A stretch of DNA of 63,862 nt, filler included. It is 5 parts of 5 records of this genome, joined end to end, with 100 filler letters (N's around TTAATTAATTAA, not from the genome) between each part and the next. Parts side by side here need not be neighbours in the genome. Positions count along the whole stretch, not along the records: positions 1 to 14,621 come from SRR20825006_114; 4 more parts are not named here. One strand, 5' to 3'. Position numbers and translations under genes: made by a program. This document shows positions 1 to 11,961 of this stretch, one piece after another. The notes below the pieces were generated by a model. It had not been told where the DNA came from. It worked only from the letters and a program-made list of their open reading frames with translations, and made no database searches. The stretch's first letter is position 1. The number at the start of each line of letters is the position of its first letter.

Positions 1-1265
1 ATGCCGCCGGTTTCTGTCTGCCACCAGGTGTCTACCACGGCGGCCTGGCTGTTACCCAGCTGGTCATGGAACCATTGCCAGGCGGCCGGATTGATAGGCT
101 CGCCGGCCGTGGCCAGGATGCGCAGGCTGTCGCGTTGACTGTTGGCACAGCAATGGTCGCCACCGGCCATTAATGCGCGGATGGCGGTGGGGGCGGTATA
201 GAGAATGTCCACGTTGTAGCGGTCAATAATGTCACCAACACGTTGGTCATCCGGGTAGTTGGGCACCCCTTCGAACATGACACAGGTGGCGCCGTTGGCC
301 AGTGGGCCATAAACCAGATAGGTGTGGCCGGTAATCCAGCCCACATCGGCGGTACACCAGTACACCTGCCCCGGGTGGTAATCGAAGGCCAGCTGGTGGG
401 TCAGAGAGGCATAGACCATATAGCCGCCGGTGGTGTGCAGTACGCCCTTTGGCTGCCCGGTGGAGCCGGACGTATAAAGGATGAATAGCGGGTCTTCCGC
501 ATTCATGGGTTCTGCTGGGCATTCAGCGTCACTGAGTGACAGCTGCTCATGGAAATCCAAGTCACGTTGTGCAAACCAGTGGCTGTCACAGCCAACATGG
601 TTGACCACTAGAACGGTTTCCACGCTGCCGGTGCCGTCCTGTTCCAGGGCCGCATCCACGTTGTCTTTAAGCGGAACGATCTTGCCGCCACGGCGCCCGC
701 CATCTGCGGTAATCACCATTTTGGCACCGCAATCGGCGATGCGGCCGGCCAGTGCATCCGGCGAAAAACCAGCGAACACCACCGAGTGAATGGCGCCGAT
801 GCGGGCGCAGGCGAGCATGGCGAATACCGCTTCGGGGATCATGGGCATGTAAATCATCACCCGATCACCTTTGCCAATGCCCTGCTGTTTGAGGGTGTTG
901 GCCAGCTTGCCGACGTGTTGGTGTAGCTGCTGATAGGTAATCTGCCGGCGATCCTGGTCCGGAGAGTCCGGTTCCCACAGTAGTGCAATGCCGTCTCTGT
1001 TAGTGGCCAGGTGGCGGTCAATACAGTTTTCTGCGGCATTCAGCTCGCCATCATGAAACCAGCGAATGTGCAGGTCATCGGGGCTGAAATGGGTGTCGCG
1101 AATCTGTTGGGGGAAGTGCTGCCAGTCGATGCGCTGTGCCTGACGGCGCCAGAAGCCAACGCTGTCATCCAGACTCTGTTGGTACAACGCATGGTAATCA
1201 TTGCCGTCAATCCAGCAGCGGTCTTTCAATGCCTCTTTAACCGGCATACGCAGGCCCGTTTCCAT
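1..1265 (-). CDS. acs: Acetyl-CoA synthetase (3'-truncated at window edge)
   Basis: Not in ORF track. Minus-strand frame from ATG at 1265 ([14 protein letters not shown]...), with GAGGG RBS. Contains [24 protein letters not shown] and [12 protein letters not shown], both Acs signatures. Confidence 0.93.
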   Translation of the reverse strand, partial: METGLRMPVKEALKDRCWIDGNDYHALYQQSLDDSVGFWRRQAQRIDWQHFPQQIRDTHFSPDDLHIRWFHDGELNAAENCIDRHLATNRDGIALLWEPDSPDQDRRQITYQQLHQHVGKLANTLKQQGIGKGDRVMIYMPMIPEAVFAMLACARIGAIHSVVFAGFSPDALAGRIADCGAKMVITADGGRRGGKIVPLKDNVDAALEQDGTGSVETVLVVNHVGCDSHWFAQRDLDFHEQLSLSDAECPAEPMNAEDPLFILYTSGSTGQPKGVLHTTGGYMVYASLTHQLAFDYHPGQVYWCTADVGWITGHTYLVYGPLANGATCVMFEGVPNYPDDQRVGDIIDRYNVDILYTAPTAIRALMAGGDHCCANSQRDSLRILATAGEPINPAAWQWFHDQLGNSQAAVVDTWWQTETGG

Positions 1266-1642
1266 GGGACTTCCCTCACTTGAAAAGTGCTCACCAGAAA
1301 AGTGGAGCAGAAATGAAGTCAAGAGTGTGCAAAAACAGGAGGCCGTGCTGAATTAGACCTTGGTATTAGAGGCGCAATACGCAACACGCTCCAGGCAACA
1401 AGGAAAACGGCCAAGGCATGGCTTCAGGGTTATCCCTCTTTTGTGGGCAGCGATGCTCGCATCGTGCGGTATTCCGTCGGCAGAAACCTTGTTGTCTCTC
1501 TCGCTTTTTTTGTCAGGCATCTTGCATTGGGGCTTTGGCGTTTAATCACCTTCGACCTATGGCTAATAGAGTGTTGGTACAACGCTCAGCAAGCTGTCAA
1601 GCGAAGTCACTTTCGTGTTGATGACAACAAGAGGACAGGGCC

Positions 1643-2842
1643 ATGACAGCAAGAAAAGCCACGTACCTGTGCGGCGCTCTCGTGCTGGCGCAGGCAGGCA
1701 TTGCCAGCGCCGATAGCACGCTGGAGGAACGTATCATCGTGCTTGAAGAGCGCATGGATGGGGTGAAAAGCGGTAATACACAAATTGATTTCGGCGGTTT
1801 TATCAAAGCCGATACCATGTTGAGTAAATACAGTGACGGTGATTTGGCGGGTGGTTCTATTGGGCGTGATTTTATGGTGCCGTCCACCATTCCTGTTGGT
1901 GGTGAGGCTAGCTCGGAAGAGCTGGACTTTATCGCCAAACAAAGCCGTTTCTGGCTGAAGAGTGAAACCATGACTTCCGCCGGTATGGTGCGGGGGCATA
2001 TCGAGATTGATTTCCAGACCAACGATATCGGTGACGAGCGCATCAGTAACAGCTATGCACCACGTATCCGTCATGCTTATTTAACGTGGGACAAGTGGTT
2101 GTTCGGGCAGACCTGGTCCACGTTCTTTAATGTGAGCGCACTACCGGAAACGCTGGATTTTGTTGGTTCAGCGGGGACGGTGTTTGAGCGTCAGCCACAG
2201 ATTCGTTATACCAGCGGCGGTTTGATGCTTGCGGTTGAGAACCCGTCCACGACGCTCTATGGCGGTGCACAAAACCCCTATGACGACAATGCCATGCCGG
2301 ACCTGGTGGCGCGCTATAACATTGCCGGTGATTGGGGCAATGTCAGTGTCTCTGCCATGGGGCGTGAGCTGGCCTATCAAGATACGATTGGTGGTGTGGA
2401 TCAGGATGAAAGCGAGTATGGCTATGGCCTGTCGCTGGCGGGCCGCATGATGCTGGGCGCCATGGACGATATTCGTTTTCAGGCGAACTATGGTAATGCG
2501 CTGGGTCGTTACACCACGCTCAACGCGTTCCGCTCAGGCCAGATCGAGGCGGATGGCAGTATCGAGCTGATTGATCAATGGAGCGGTGTGCTGGCGTTGC
2601 GCCATCACTGGAGTGATCGCTGGCGTTCCAACTTTGCGGTCTCAGTCAGTGAAGCGGATAACCCCGATACCGTGGCGGTGACCACCAGCAAGCGGGTGCA
2701 AAGCGCCCACGCCAACCTGATCTGGCAGGTAGCCAAGCCACTCTCTCTCGGCGGCGAGCTGATCTATGCTGACCGGGAAATCGAGAATGGGGACGACGGC
2801 AATCTCAAACGCGTGCAGTTCACCGCCAAGTATGCGTTCTGA
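1643..2842 (+). CDS. DcaP-family trimeric outer-membrane porin
   Basis: Signal peptide, short coiled coil, FGGFIKAD, RIRHAY, GQTWSTF, C-terminal KYAF. Divergent from acs. Confidence 0.85.
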   Translation: MTARKATYLCGALVLAQAGIASADSTLEERIIVLEERMDGVKSGNTQIDFGGFIKADTMLSKYSDGDLAGGSIGRDFMVPSTIPVGGEASSEELDFIAKQSRFWLKSETMTSAGMVRGHIEIDFQTNDIGDERISNSYAPRIRHAYLTWDKWLFGQTWSTFFNVSALPETLDFVGSAGTVFERQPQIRYTSGGLMLAVENPSTTLYGGAQNPYDDNAMPDLVARYNIAGDWGNVSVSAMGRELAYQDTIGGVDQDESEYGYGLSLAGRMMLGAMDDIRFQANYGNALGRYTTLNAFRSGQIEADGSIELIDQWSGVLALRHHWSDRWRSNFAVSVSEADNPDTVAVTTSKRVQSAHANLIWQVAKPLSLGGELIYADREIENGDDGNLKRVQFTAKYAF

Positions 2843-2950
2843 ATAAGAGGCGCTGCACTCCACACGCAAAAGCAAGGGGGCGCTTCGGTGCTCCTTTTGA
2901 TTGCGGGTTTGGCGTGAAGCATGGTGGATGTTGCGGCCGCGAAGCGGCAC

Positions 2951-2979
2951 AAAAAAGGACGCCGAAGCGTCCTTTTTTT
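2951..2979. terminator. Bidirectional intrinsic terminator between the porin and ectC
   Basis: AAAAAAGGACGC-CGAA-GCGTCCTTTTTTT between convergent genes. Confidence 0.85.
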
Positions 2980-3015
2980 GCGTGCAAGCCTGTTGCATGC
3001 AGCATGATACGTCTC

Positions 3016-3414
3016 TTAATCCACATCTGCCGGATACACGCCGTTCTCGTCATGCACTTCCTTGCCACTCAGGGGCGGGGTGAAGGCACAGGCGACGACC
3101 ATGTCTTCGTTTTCGCCACCGTAGAGGTAATGCTCATCGTGCTCGTCGAGCAGATAGATCGTGCCCGGGGTCAGGTCGTAGACCTTGCCGTCATCCAGGG
3201 TTTCGATCTTGCCGCTACCGGAAATCACGTAGACGGATTCCCAGTGGTTGGCGTATTTGATGTGGGTCTTGGTGCCTTTGAAGATGGTGGTGATGTTGAA
3301 CGAGTGCCCCATCTTGTCTTCTTTCAGAGACAGGCGAACAGACTGCCAGTTGCCGTTTTCGGCTTTCACACAGCGGTCAGACTTCTCGGCTTCAGCCAGA
3401 GTGCGAACGATCAT
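3016..3414 (-). CDS. ectC: L-ectoine synthase
   Basis: MIVRTL...W.S.RL.LK.D.MG.SF.IT.I...Y.NH.ESVY...G.G cupin, ending [10 protein letters not shown]. Start moved to ATG 3414 (AGGAG RBS). Confidence 0.95.
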   Translation of the reverse strand: MIVRTLAEAEKSDRCVKAENGNWQSVRLSLKEDKMGHSFNITTIFKGTKTHIKYANHWESVYVISGSGKIETLDDGKVYDLTPGTIYLLDEHDEHYLYGGENEDMVVACAFTPPLSGKEVHDENGVYPADVD

Positions 3415-3508
3415 GGATAACTCCTGAGCTAAAAAATCGGGAAAGGGAGAGGAATAACGCTCCCCCATTCTCCCGAAAAAAGGAGGCGGGGGAGCGTGAA
3501 CCGCCGTG

Positions 3509-4849
<1,341 letters not shown>

Positions 4850-4874
4850 TTAGGGTTGCTGGTTCGGGGTGCGT

Positions 4875-5417
4875 TTACGCGTCGTCGCGATTGAACGGGC
4901 CGATACGTAGCAGGTATTCGTCGTTATGTTCGCCGGCAAAGTGAATGCGCGAATCGAACAGAATAAATTCTTCCGTGGGCATGCTGCGCTGGTAGGCGAA
5001 GCTGCGGAACATGCCCCAGGAGGCTTCGTTGTCCGGGGTGATGGTGGTCTCAATGAACTGAACATCGGTGCTTTCTTCGCGCTCGATGAGTTCGGCCAGC
5101 ATGCGCTTGGCCAGGCCCTTGCCCCGGGCTTTTTCGTGCACCGCTACCTGCCAGACAAACAGGACATTTTGCTGCTTGGGCGGGATGTAGCCGGAAATAA
5201 AGCCGACCAGGTCCCCGTCCATTTCTGCCGCCACGGAGGTGTCGGCAAAGTGGGTGCACTGCAGCAAGTTACAGTAGACGGAGTTCTCGTCCAGAGGCTT
5301 GCACTCGCTGATCAGTTTGTGAACCCGGCTACCGTCCTGGCTTTCAGGTTTACGAAAGGTGATGTCATCCGATTTGTCGGTGGATGAATCCGTTTTTTTC
5401 GCATCGTCTGCTGACAT
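4875..5417 (-). CDS. ectA: Diaminobutyrate acetyltransferase
   Basis: PLDENSVYCNLL, LFVWQVAV...RGKGLA, ETTITPDNEASW: EctA GNAT motifs. Confidence 0.95.
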   Translation of the reverse strand: MSADDAKKTDSSTDKSDDITFRKPESQDGSRVHKLISECKPLDENSVYCNLLQCTHFADTSVAAEMDGDLVGFISGYIPPKQQNVLFVWQVAVHEKARGKGLAKRMLAELIEREESTDVQFIETTITPDNEASWGMFRSFAYQRSMPTEEFILFDSRIHFAGEHNDEYLLRIGPFNRDDA

Positions 5418-5421
5418 GGTT

Positions 5422-5958
5422 TCACTTATGGTCCGTTTTGGAGAAAGAGTTTGCGTCCCGGCGGCTGTTCATTTCTACCGCCGGTTGCGCGCGATCAATG
5501 GCCCCCAGATCCAGTACCGGCGAGGCGTCGATATCGCCGGCATTCATCATTGCCGCAACCCGCTGCAGGGAGCTAAGAATTAGAGATTGCTCCCAATCCT
5601 CAAGGCGGTCAAAGCGCTCGATGAATTCGTCCTGGAGCGGGGTGGGGGCCTTCTCGATGATATCCAGGCCGGCGGAGGTCAGGTGGGCATAAACACGGCG
5701 TTTATCCTGCTCGCCGCGCTTGCGTCCCAATAGATCCCGCTTTTCCAGACGGTCGAGAATGGTGGTGACGGTGGCCTGGCTCAGTGATACCTCGTTGGCC
5801 AGATCCCCCATGGTCATCTCACCGTGCGCCGCAATCGCCTGCATGATGAGAAGCTGGGGCGATGTCAGGCCGGATACCTTGCTCAGCTTGCGTGAGTAGA
5901 GGTCCGTGGCGCGAATGATCTGTCGTAATGCGATTAGCACGTCTTCGTGTCTGGCCAT
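5422..5958 (-). CDS. ectR: MarR-family regulator of ectoine genes (EctR/CosR-like)
   Basis: VLIALRQIIRATDLYSRKL...GLTSPQL...SLSQATVTTILDRLE...DKRRV. Stop lies 4 nt before ectA. Start moved to ATG 5958. Confidence 0.85.
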   Translation of the reverse strand: MARHEDVLIALRQIIRATDLYSRKLSKVSGLTSPQLLIMQAIAAHGEMTMGDLANEVSLSQATVTTILDRLEKRDLLGRKRGEQDKRRVYAHLTSAGLDIIEKAPTPLQDEFIERFDRLEDWEQSLILSSLQRVAAMMNAGDIDASPVLDLGAIDRAQPAVEMNSRRDANSFSKTDHK

Positions 5959-6113
5959 TGCCGAAAATTCTCTTGATAACAAAGTAATGTGACCGAAATT
6001 AGACATGGTTTGTCTGCAATCACCTTTGAGATGTAAAGATTCTATCTCCATCAAAACAGGGCAATGGCGAGTAATCCCTTGCGATAAGTGGTAGGCTATC
6101 TTAGAGATAAAAC

Positions 6114-6129
6114 ATTTAGATGTCAAAAT
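6114..6129. promoter_or_regulatory. Candidate EctR operator (pseudo-palindrome)
   Basis: ATTTAGA-TG-TCAAAAT in the AT-rich divergent region between ectR and the TRAP genes. Confidence 0.35.
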
Positions 6130-6316
6130 AAATACCGGGCGGTGACGGTGTCATGACCGGCTATATCGCCTGCATTCCTTGCTCTGCGGGGGTTTACGAC
6201 CTGCCAGGGTGAAAGGCTCGCAGTTTCGACAATCGCACATGTTTTGTGTCACAAAGGACTTCTCCAGTTCCCGAATCCGGGGGCCGTTTTTCGTCGTCGT
6301 GTTTATAGGCGTTGCC

Positions 6317-6901
6317 ATGATGATTGATTCCTTTCTTCTCGTACTTTCCTGGCTGGACCGCACTTTGGGCGTGATTGAGCGCGTCATTATCGGTGGCTGC
6401 ATTCTGGCCATGGCCCTGCTGATGAGTGGCCATGTGGTGGGGCAGACCCTGTTTGATGAGGGGATTCCCGGCACCTATGAAGTGGTGAAAATGCTGATCG
6501 TGATACTGACTTTCGTGGGGCTGGGCTACGCGGCCCGCCATGCCCGTCACATTCGCATGTCTGCTATCTATGAGCAGCTCAATGGCAAGGCGCGCAAGGG
6601 GCTGCAGATGCTGATTTGCCTGGGCACGGCGGTGTTGATGTTTTATTTCGCCTGGAAATCCGGTCAGTACGTCTTTGATATTCAGGAGCGCGGCCGGGTG
6701 AGTGCATCACTGCAGGTGCCCATGTGGCTGGTCTACCTGTCGCTGCCCGCAGGATTCAGCATGGCCGGCATCCAGTACCTGCTGACTTTTACCCGCAATG
6801 CGGTATCAAAGGGTGTCTGGCGGTCGTTCAACGAAGAGGAAAGCTATGAAGCGGTGCCGCTGGAAGCGGCGGCTGTGGATGATCAGGATGGCCAGCGCTG
6901 A
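6317..6901 (+). CDS. TRAP transporter small permease (DctQ, TeaB-like)
   Basis: 4 predicted TM segments, LTFVGLGYAARHARHIRM, SASLQVPMWLVY. Start moved to ATG 6317. Confidence 0.85.
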   Translation: MMIDSFLLVLSWLDRTLGVIERVIIGGCILAMALLMSGHVVGQTLFDEGIPGTYEVVKMLIVILTFVGLGYAARHARHIRMSAIYEQLNGKARKGLQMLICLGTAVLMFYFAWKSGQYVFDIQERGRVSASLQVPMWLVYLSLPAGFSMAGIQYLLTFTRNAVSKGVWRSFNEEESYEAVPLEAAAVDDQDGQR

Positions 6902-6952
6902 TGCGTAGCCGTTTTTTTGCTGTGAGTGCTGCTGAATGAGGGGGTTGTCGCT

Positions 6953-8233
6953 GTGTTAATCATTCTGGCTGTGATCATGCTGGTGTTGCTGATGATGGGG
7001 TATCCCATGATGGTGCCGCTGGCGGTGGGGACATTGTTCATGATGTTCACCGGGCTGACTTTCTTCGGCCCGGACCAGGCCATCACCTGGATGGTCAATG
7101 GGGTGGGTAGCTGGGTGCTGGCGGCGGTGCCCATGTTTATCTTTGCGGCGGACATTCTTACCAAGGGGCATACTGCCAACCGCTTGCTGGATCTGGTGGA
7201 TGCCTTTACTCGGCACCTGCGTGGCGGTTTGCCGATTACCACGGCGGCGTCCTGCGCCGTGTTCGGTGCCGTGTCCGGTTCCACCCAGGCTACGGTGGTG
7301 GCCATGGGCGGGCCCATGCGCCCGCGCCTGCTGGCCAAGGGCTATTCCGACAGCTTTGCGCTGGCATTGATTATCAATGCCAGTGATATCGCATTGCTGA
7401 TTCCGCCCAGTATTGGCTTTATCGTTTATGGCGTGGTGATGAAGACCTCCATTGGCGACTTGTTCCTGGCGGGTATTCTGCCTGGCTTGCTGGTGCTGTT
7501 GATGTTCTCCGTTTATTGCTGGATTGGCGCCAGGCTCAAAGGTATTGAGCCGGAGGAGCGGGCCAGTTGGGGAGTGCGTTTCAAGGCCATGCGGGGGGCG
7601 ATCTTGCCACTGGGGTTTCCGATTCTGGTGGTCGGCGGCATTTATGGCGGGTTGTTCAGTGCGGTGGAGGCGTCGGCCATCGCGGTGGCCTATGCCTTGC
7701 TGCTGGAAGTGGTGATTTTCCGCAAGGTCAGCGTGAAGGACCTGGGAGGGCTGGCGTTGTCCTCCGGGATGATCACCGCTGTGGTCTTTATTCTGGTGGC
7801 CATTGGTGCGGCGTTTTCTCACACCCTGGGGACTGCCGGAATTCCCGAGAAGCTGCTGGGGCCGGCCATTGAATCCATTGGCCAGAATCAGGTGGCGGCG
7901 CTGGCGTTGATCGCCGTGGCATTCTTTATTGGCTGCATGTTCGTGGACCCCATCGTGGTGATCCTGATTCTGGTGCCGATCTTCAAGCCATTGATCGAAT
8001 CCGCCAACCTGGACCCGATCCACGTGGGTGTTATTGTTACCTTGCAGGCGGCCATCGGCTCGGCCACGCCGCCGTTCGGGTGCGATATCTTCACCGCCAT
8101 CGCGGTATTCCGTCGCCCCTATCTGGAGGTGATACGCGGTACGCCGCCGTTTATCTTCATGTTGCTGATAGCGACCTTCATTCTGATTCTGTTCCCGCAG
8201 TTGTCACTGTGGTTACCGGCACTGGGCGGCTGA
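6953..8233 (+). CDS. TRAP transporter large permease (DctM, TeaC-like)
   Basis: LAAVPMFIFAA, FGAVSGSTQAT, LLIPPSIGFIVYG, IGSATPPFG. GTG 6953 follows a GAGGGGG RBS; the ORF is open from 6926. Confidence 0.92.
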   Translation: MLIILAVIMLVLLMMGYPMMVPLAVGTLFMMFTGLTFFGPDQAITWMVNGVGSWVLAAVPMFIFAADILTKGHTANRLLDLVDAFTRHLRGGLPITTAASCAVFGAVSGSTQATVVAMGGPMRPRLLAKGYSDSFALALIINASDIALLIPPSIGFIVYGVVMKTSIGDLFLAGILPGLLVLLMFSVYCWIGARLKGIEPEERASWGVRFKAMRGAILPLGFPILVVGGIYGGLFSAVEASAIAVAYALLLEVVIFRKVSVKDLGGLALSSGMITAVVFILVAIGAAFSHTLGTAGIPEKLLGPAIESIGQNQVAALALIAVAFFIGCMFVDPIVVILILVPIFKPLIESANLDPIHVGVIVTLQAAIGSATPPFGCDIFTAIAVFRRPYLEVIRGTPPFIFMLLIATFILILFPQLSLWLPALGG

Positions 8234-8281
8234 TTAGCTGTTAGCAGCCTGCGTGCCCCTATTGTGGCCGCAGAGCGGCAC

Positions 8282-8313
8282 AAAAAAAGCCCGGCCAACA
8301 GGCCGGGCTTTTT
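8282..8313. terminator. Bidirectional intrinsic terminator
   Basis: AAAAAAAGCCCGGCC-AACA-GGCCGGGCTTTTT between the convergent dctM and dctP genes. Confidence 0.88.
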
Positions 8314-8334
8314 CATTTTCGGCTACCGGGGGAA

Positions 8335-9357
8335 TTACTGTCCCTTGGCGGCCTCGTCGAAGGCGGACAGCAGGGCATTGAGTGATTGCTCACCCCGTGC
8401 GCCCACTTCATCAATGTAGATCTGACGTACCGGTTTGGCCTTCTTGCGGAAGGCATCACGCTGGGCCTCAGTCAGTTCAACAATATTGATGTCGCTCTTC
8501 TTCTTGATGGTCTCCAGCCGTTCTTCGTTGTACTGGGTCTGGATATCATGACCTTCACGCACCAGGGTCTTGGTGATGTTGTCGATCATTTTTTGCTGGT
8601 CCGCAGACAGGCCGTCGTACCAGTCGGCGTTACCGATCAGGGTGGCCACGAACTGGGACTGCTGCGCAAAGATCATGTAGTCCTGTACTTCGTAGAACGC
8701 CATTTCCTCGTGGGCAAACACCGGCTGGATGTTACCTTCCGCCTGACCCTGCTGCAGCGCGCTGTACAGCTCGCCGTAGGCAATGGAGGTGGGGGAGGCG
8801 CCATAGGCCTTGTAGGTGGCCCGCAGTAGGCTGTTGTCCATCACGCGGATGCCCAGGTTTTCGATGTCATCCGGGGTGTTGATGGCCTTGTTGGAGGTCC
8901 ATACCTGATAGCCTTCCGGCAATGCCGCCAGCGGCACCAGGCTGCGCTTGCGGAACGATTCCTGCCACGCCTTGCTCTTCAGGAAGGTGTCGCTGTTCAG
9001 GCCTTGTGCGGTTACCCATTGATCGCTGGGCATGATGTAGTTCAGGTTGAGCAGCTGGCTTTCCGGTACGGTGCCGCCCAGGGCGCCGGAACCGAAACCA
9101 AGCTGAATGGCGCCGCCCTGAATCGCGTCGTACAACGCGGAGTAGCTGGAGCCCCATTTGCCATAGGGAAGAAGCTGAACATCAATCTCCCCGTCACTTT
9201 TTTCTTCCACCAGCGCTTTGAAACGTTCGGCGTAACTGTGCTGAACACTGCCTTCAATTTCCTCCAGGCCGAAACGCCAGGTGTCGGCGTTAACGGTGGT
9301 GGTCGTGGCGGCAAGAAAGCCAAAAGTAGCGGCGCAAATAAATCGATTAAGTCGCAT
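8335..9357 (-). CDS. TRAP substrate-binding protein (DctP, TeaA/UehA-like, probable ectoine/hydroxyectoine binding)
   Basis: Signal peptide, then DTWRFGLEEIEGSVQ, PEG, IRVM, YKAYGASPT, GELYSALQQG, FYEVQDY. Resembles TeaA; ect genes are adjacent. Confidence 0.8.
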   Translation of the reverse strand: MRLNRFICAATFGFLAATTTTVNADTWRFGLEEIEGSVQHSYAERFKALVEEKSDGEIDVQLLPYGKWGSSYSALYDAIQGGAIQLGFGSGALGGTVPESQLLNLNYIMPSDQWVTAQGLNSDTFLKSKAWQESFRKRSLVPLAALPEGYQVWTSNKAINTPDDIENLGIRVMDNSLLRATYKAYGASPTSIAYGELYSALQQGQAEGNIQPVFAHEEMAFYEVQDYMIFAQQSQFVATLIGNADWYDGLSADQQKMIDNITKTLVREGHDIQTQYNEERLETIKKKSDINIVELTEAQRDAFRKKAKPVRQIYIDEVGARGEQSLNALLSAFDEAAKGQ

Positions 9358-9553
9358 GCCTTTACCTTGATATTGCTTGTGGGTGGCATTCACTACATTG
9401 CATCGGGGTCAGGCTGTCAAGGGAGCAGCCTGCAACGCTGGTACCTCGGCAGGCTTGATGCGACCATAGGCAATGTTTCCCGGTGTGTTCCCGTCTGTGC
9501 GAGTTTTCCTGGCGGGAAAGGCACAGGCAAAAGGCGATTGAGAGGGCAAGGCA

Positions 9554-10465
9554 TTGATCAGACACATTCTGCGTACCGGTCTATTGGGCATGTTGTTAGC
9601 GCTGGCTGGCAGTCTCTGGGCAGAACAGGAGCCCGCTTCGCCTGAACAAGCGCCAAGAGCGGAGGCCCAGAGCGAGATCGAAAAAGGGCCGGTGATTTCC
9701 CAGTTCCGGGAAAACTGGATCCTCGGTGAGCTGCGTTCCCTGCGCCAGGACATGATGGAATACCGCAACCAGATGAACCTGCTGGTCACCGACCGGGAGC
9801 TGGAAGTGGCGGACAAGGCCATGGGGTACGCCACCAACACGGTCACCTACTTCTTCTACCTGATCGCGGGCGCCGCCTCGATTCTCGCGCTGGTAGGCTG
9901 GTCCACCATTCGTGACCTGAAGGACAACGTGCGGGTATACGCGGAAAAGGAAATGGCTCGCCTCACCAGCGAGTATGAGTCCCGTCTGGCCGATCTGGAG
10001 CGTGAGCTGCGCCGCAAATCCCTGTCCATTGCCGAGAACCAGGAAGAAATCGAGCGCACCAACGACATTCACAGCCTGTGGCTCAAGGCCACCAAGGAGC
10101 CCAGCGCTCAGGCCAAGATCGAGCTCTATGACCGGATTCTGGAATTGCGCCCGGATGATCCGGAAGCGCTGGCCTGGAAGGCCGATGCCGCTCTGGAGCT
10201 GGGCGAGCAGCGCTGGGCGCTGAGCCTGTGCGACCGGGTGCTGGAAGTGGACGAGGAGAACTCCCATGCCCTGTACCAGCGGGCCTGCGCCTGGTCCGGG
10301 TTGGGAGAAATCGAGAACGCCCTGACCGACCTGGCTGCCGCCATTCAGACCTCAGAAACATTGCGTCGCCACGCCCGTAGCGAAGAAATGTTCGAGCCCC
10401 TGCGCGAGCTGCCTCGCTTCCTGGAATTGGTCGGAAGCGACGAAGATTCGGGCTTTTCTGCCTGA
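9554..10465 (+). CDS. Membrane-anchored coiled-coil/TPR protein
   Basis: Signal peptide, one TM (YFFYLIAGAASILALVGW), coiled coil, TPR repeats (ALAWKADAALELG, ALYQRACAWSGLG). Confidence 0.8.
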   Translation: MIRHILRTGLLGMLLALAGSLWAEQEPASPEQAPRAEAQSEIEKGPVISQFRENWILGELRSLRQDMMEYRNQMNLLVTDRELEVADKAMGYATNTVTYFFYLIAGAASILALVGWSTIRDLKDNVRVYAEKEMARLTSEYESRLADLERELRRKSLSIAENQEEIERTNDIHSLWLKATKEPSAQAKIELYDRILELRPDDPEALAWKADAALELGEQRWALSLCDRVLEVDEENSHALYQRACAWSGLGEIENALTDLAAAIQTSETLRRHARSEEMFEPLRELPRFLELVGSDEDSGFSA

Positions 10466-10628
10466 TAGTCCCTTTCTGTTGCGGTTATAGCGAAACCTGC
10501 GCCCGTAAATGGTCAATTTGCGGGACAGTTTCTGCTAGACTTGCCCCCCTTGTATGAGCGGGCGATGACGAACGGATTACCGTTTCGTTCACCTGGGCAG
10601 CCTTATCCTGGCTGTTTTCAGTGCCCCT

Positions 10629-11600
10629 ATGGAGAATCCCATGACTCGTGACAACGGTGCCGGTAGCACCAAACAGATGCCGGATGTGGCGTCCAACTCC
10701 ATGGTGGATCATATCCACACGACCCTGGATTGGGTGGGCATGAGTGAGATCCACTTGCCAGCCCGCGTCAGCGATACCCTGGCAGGCGAGCGCCCGGTGA
10801 GCACCTCTATTCAGGCCTATGTGAACCTGGCCAATGCGGATGCCAAGGGCATTCACATGTCGCGCCTGTTCCTGATGCTGGAAGAAACCTTTGGTGATCA
10901 CTCGGTCAGTGCCGGCTCCATCGAGCAACTGCTGCGTAACTTCCTGCAGACCCATGAAGGCCTCAGTACCCGTGGCTTCGTGCAGCTCGACTTTGAATAT
11001 TCCATGCGCCGTGCGGCACTGAAGAGCAGCTATTCCGGCTGGAAAAGCTACCCGGTAAGCATCAAGGGCACCCTGTGCGAAGACGGCATGCGTATCGAGC
11101 TGTCGGTGGAAGTGCCGTACTCGTCCACCTGCCCCTGCTCGGCGGCGTTGTCCCGCCAGCTGATTCAGGAGCAGTTCCGCAAGGACTTCGCTGAAGGCAA
11201 AGTGGATGCGGACGCGGTGTTCGAATGGCTGGGCACGGAAGAGGGCGTACTGGCCACTCCGCACAGCCAGCGTTCCATCGCTCAAGTGCGCGTGCTTCTG
11301 GATCACACCGAAGGCGATGCCTTCCCGATCACGGCGCTGATCGATTCCATTGAAGGGGCCCTGAAAACCCCGGTACAAACGGCAGTGAAGCGTGTGGACG
11401 AACAGGAATTTGCGCTGTTGAACGGGCAAAACCTGATGTTCTGTGAAGATGCGGCCCGCCGCCTGAAGACCGCGCTGGACCCGCAGTCCTGCTACAAGGA
11501 TTTCTGGTTGCGTGTGAACCACCTGGAAAGCCTGCACGCCCACAACGCGGTGGCGATTGTGACCAAGGAAGTAGATGGTGGATACCTGCCGATTCCTTGA
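10629..11600 (+). CDS. folE2: GTP cyclohydrolase IB
   Basis: [51 protein letters not shown]. Confidence 0.95.
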   Translation: MENPMTRDNGAGSTKQMPDVASNSMVDHIHTTLDWVGMSEIHLPARVSDTLAGERPVSTSIQAYVNLANADAKGIHMSRLFLMLEETFGDHSVSAGSIEQLLRNFLQTHEGLSTRGFVQLDFEYSMRRAALKSSYSGWKSYPVSIKGTLCEDGMRIELSVEVPYSSTCPCSAALSRQLIQEQFRKDFAEGKVDADAVFEWLGTEEGVLATPHSQRSIAQVRVLLDHTEGDAFPITALIDSIEGALKTPVQTAVKRVDEQEFALLNGQNLMFCEDAARRLKTALDPQSCYKDFWLRVNHLESLHAHNAVAIVTKEVDGGYLPIP

Positions 11601-11683
11601 TTGAGAGACGCTGCACGTAACATGCTTCATGCAGCACGCAAAGAAAGATTTCGCGTAGCGGTCATCGTTATCGCGGATAAATC

Positions 11684-11723
11684 AAAAAAGCCCTCTTCCT
11701 TTTGTCGGGAAGGGGGCTTTTTT
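11684..11723 (+). terminator. Intrinsic terminator after folE2
   Basis: AAAAAAGCCCTCTTCC...GGAAGGGGGCTTTTTT hairpin with T tail. Confidence 0.8.
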
Positions 11724-11961
11724 GTGGTTGCAGGTACAGGCCTGACGCCTAACGCCCGGAGCCTGACGCAGTAGCTACACCCTGCTTGTCTTCTTCGCTA
11801 CGCGGCTACGACATTGCACCCACGTCCAAGTGAAATGCGAACCCGGTACGCGTATGCCGTGCCGCTATCCGCTAAATTGCCTATTAAAGAAACATCCAGA
11901 GTGCGCGCGGGAATGTGCTAACTCACTGAAAAATAATAAAAAACGCCAGGAAGCGATTGCT

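Noticed and set aside
11930-11943. AATAATAA Hfq/Crc-like motif upstream of the MalT-like gene
   Set aside because: Plausible but too short to support from sequence alone.
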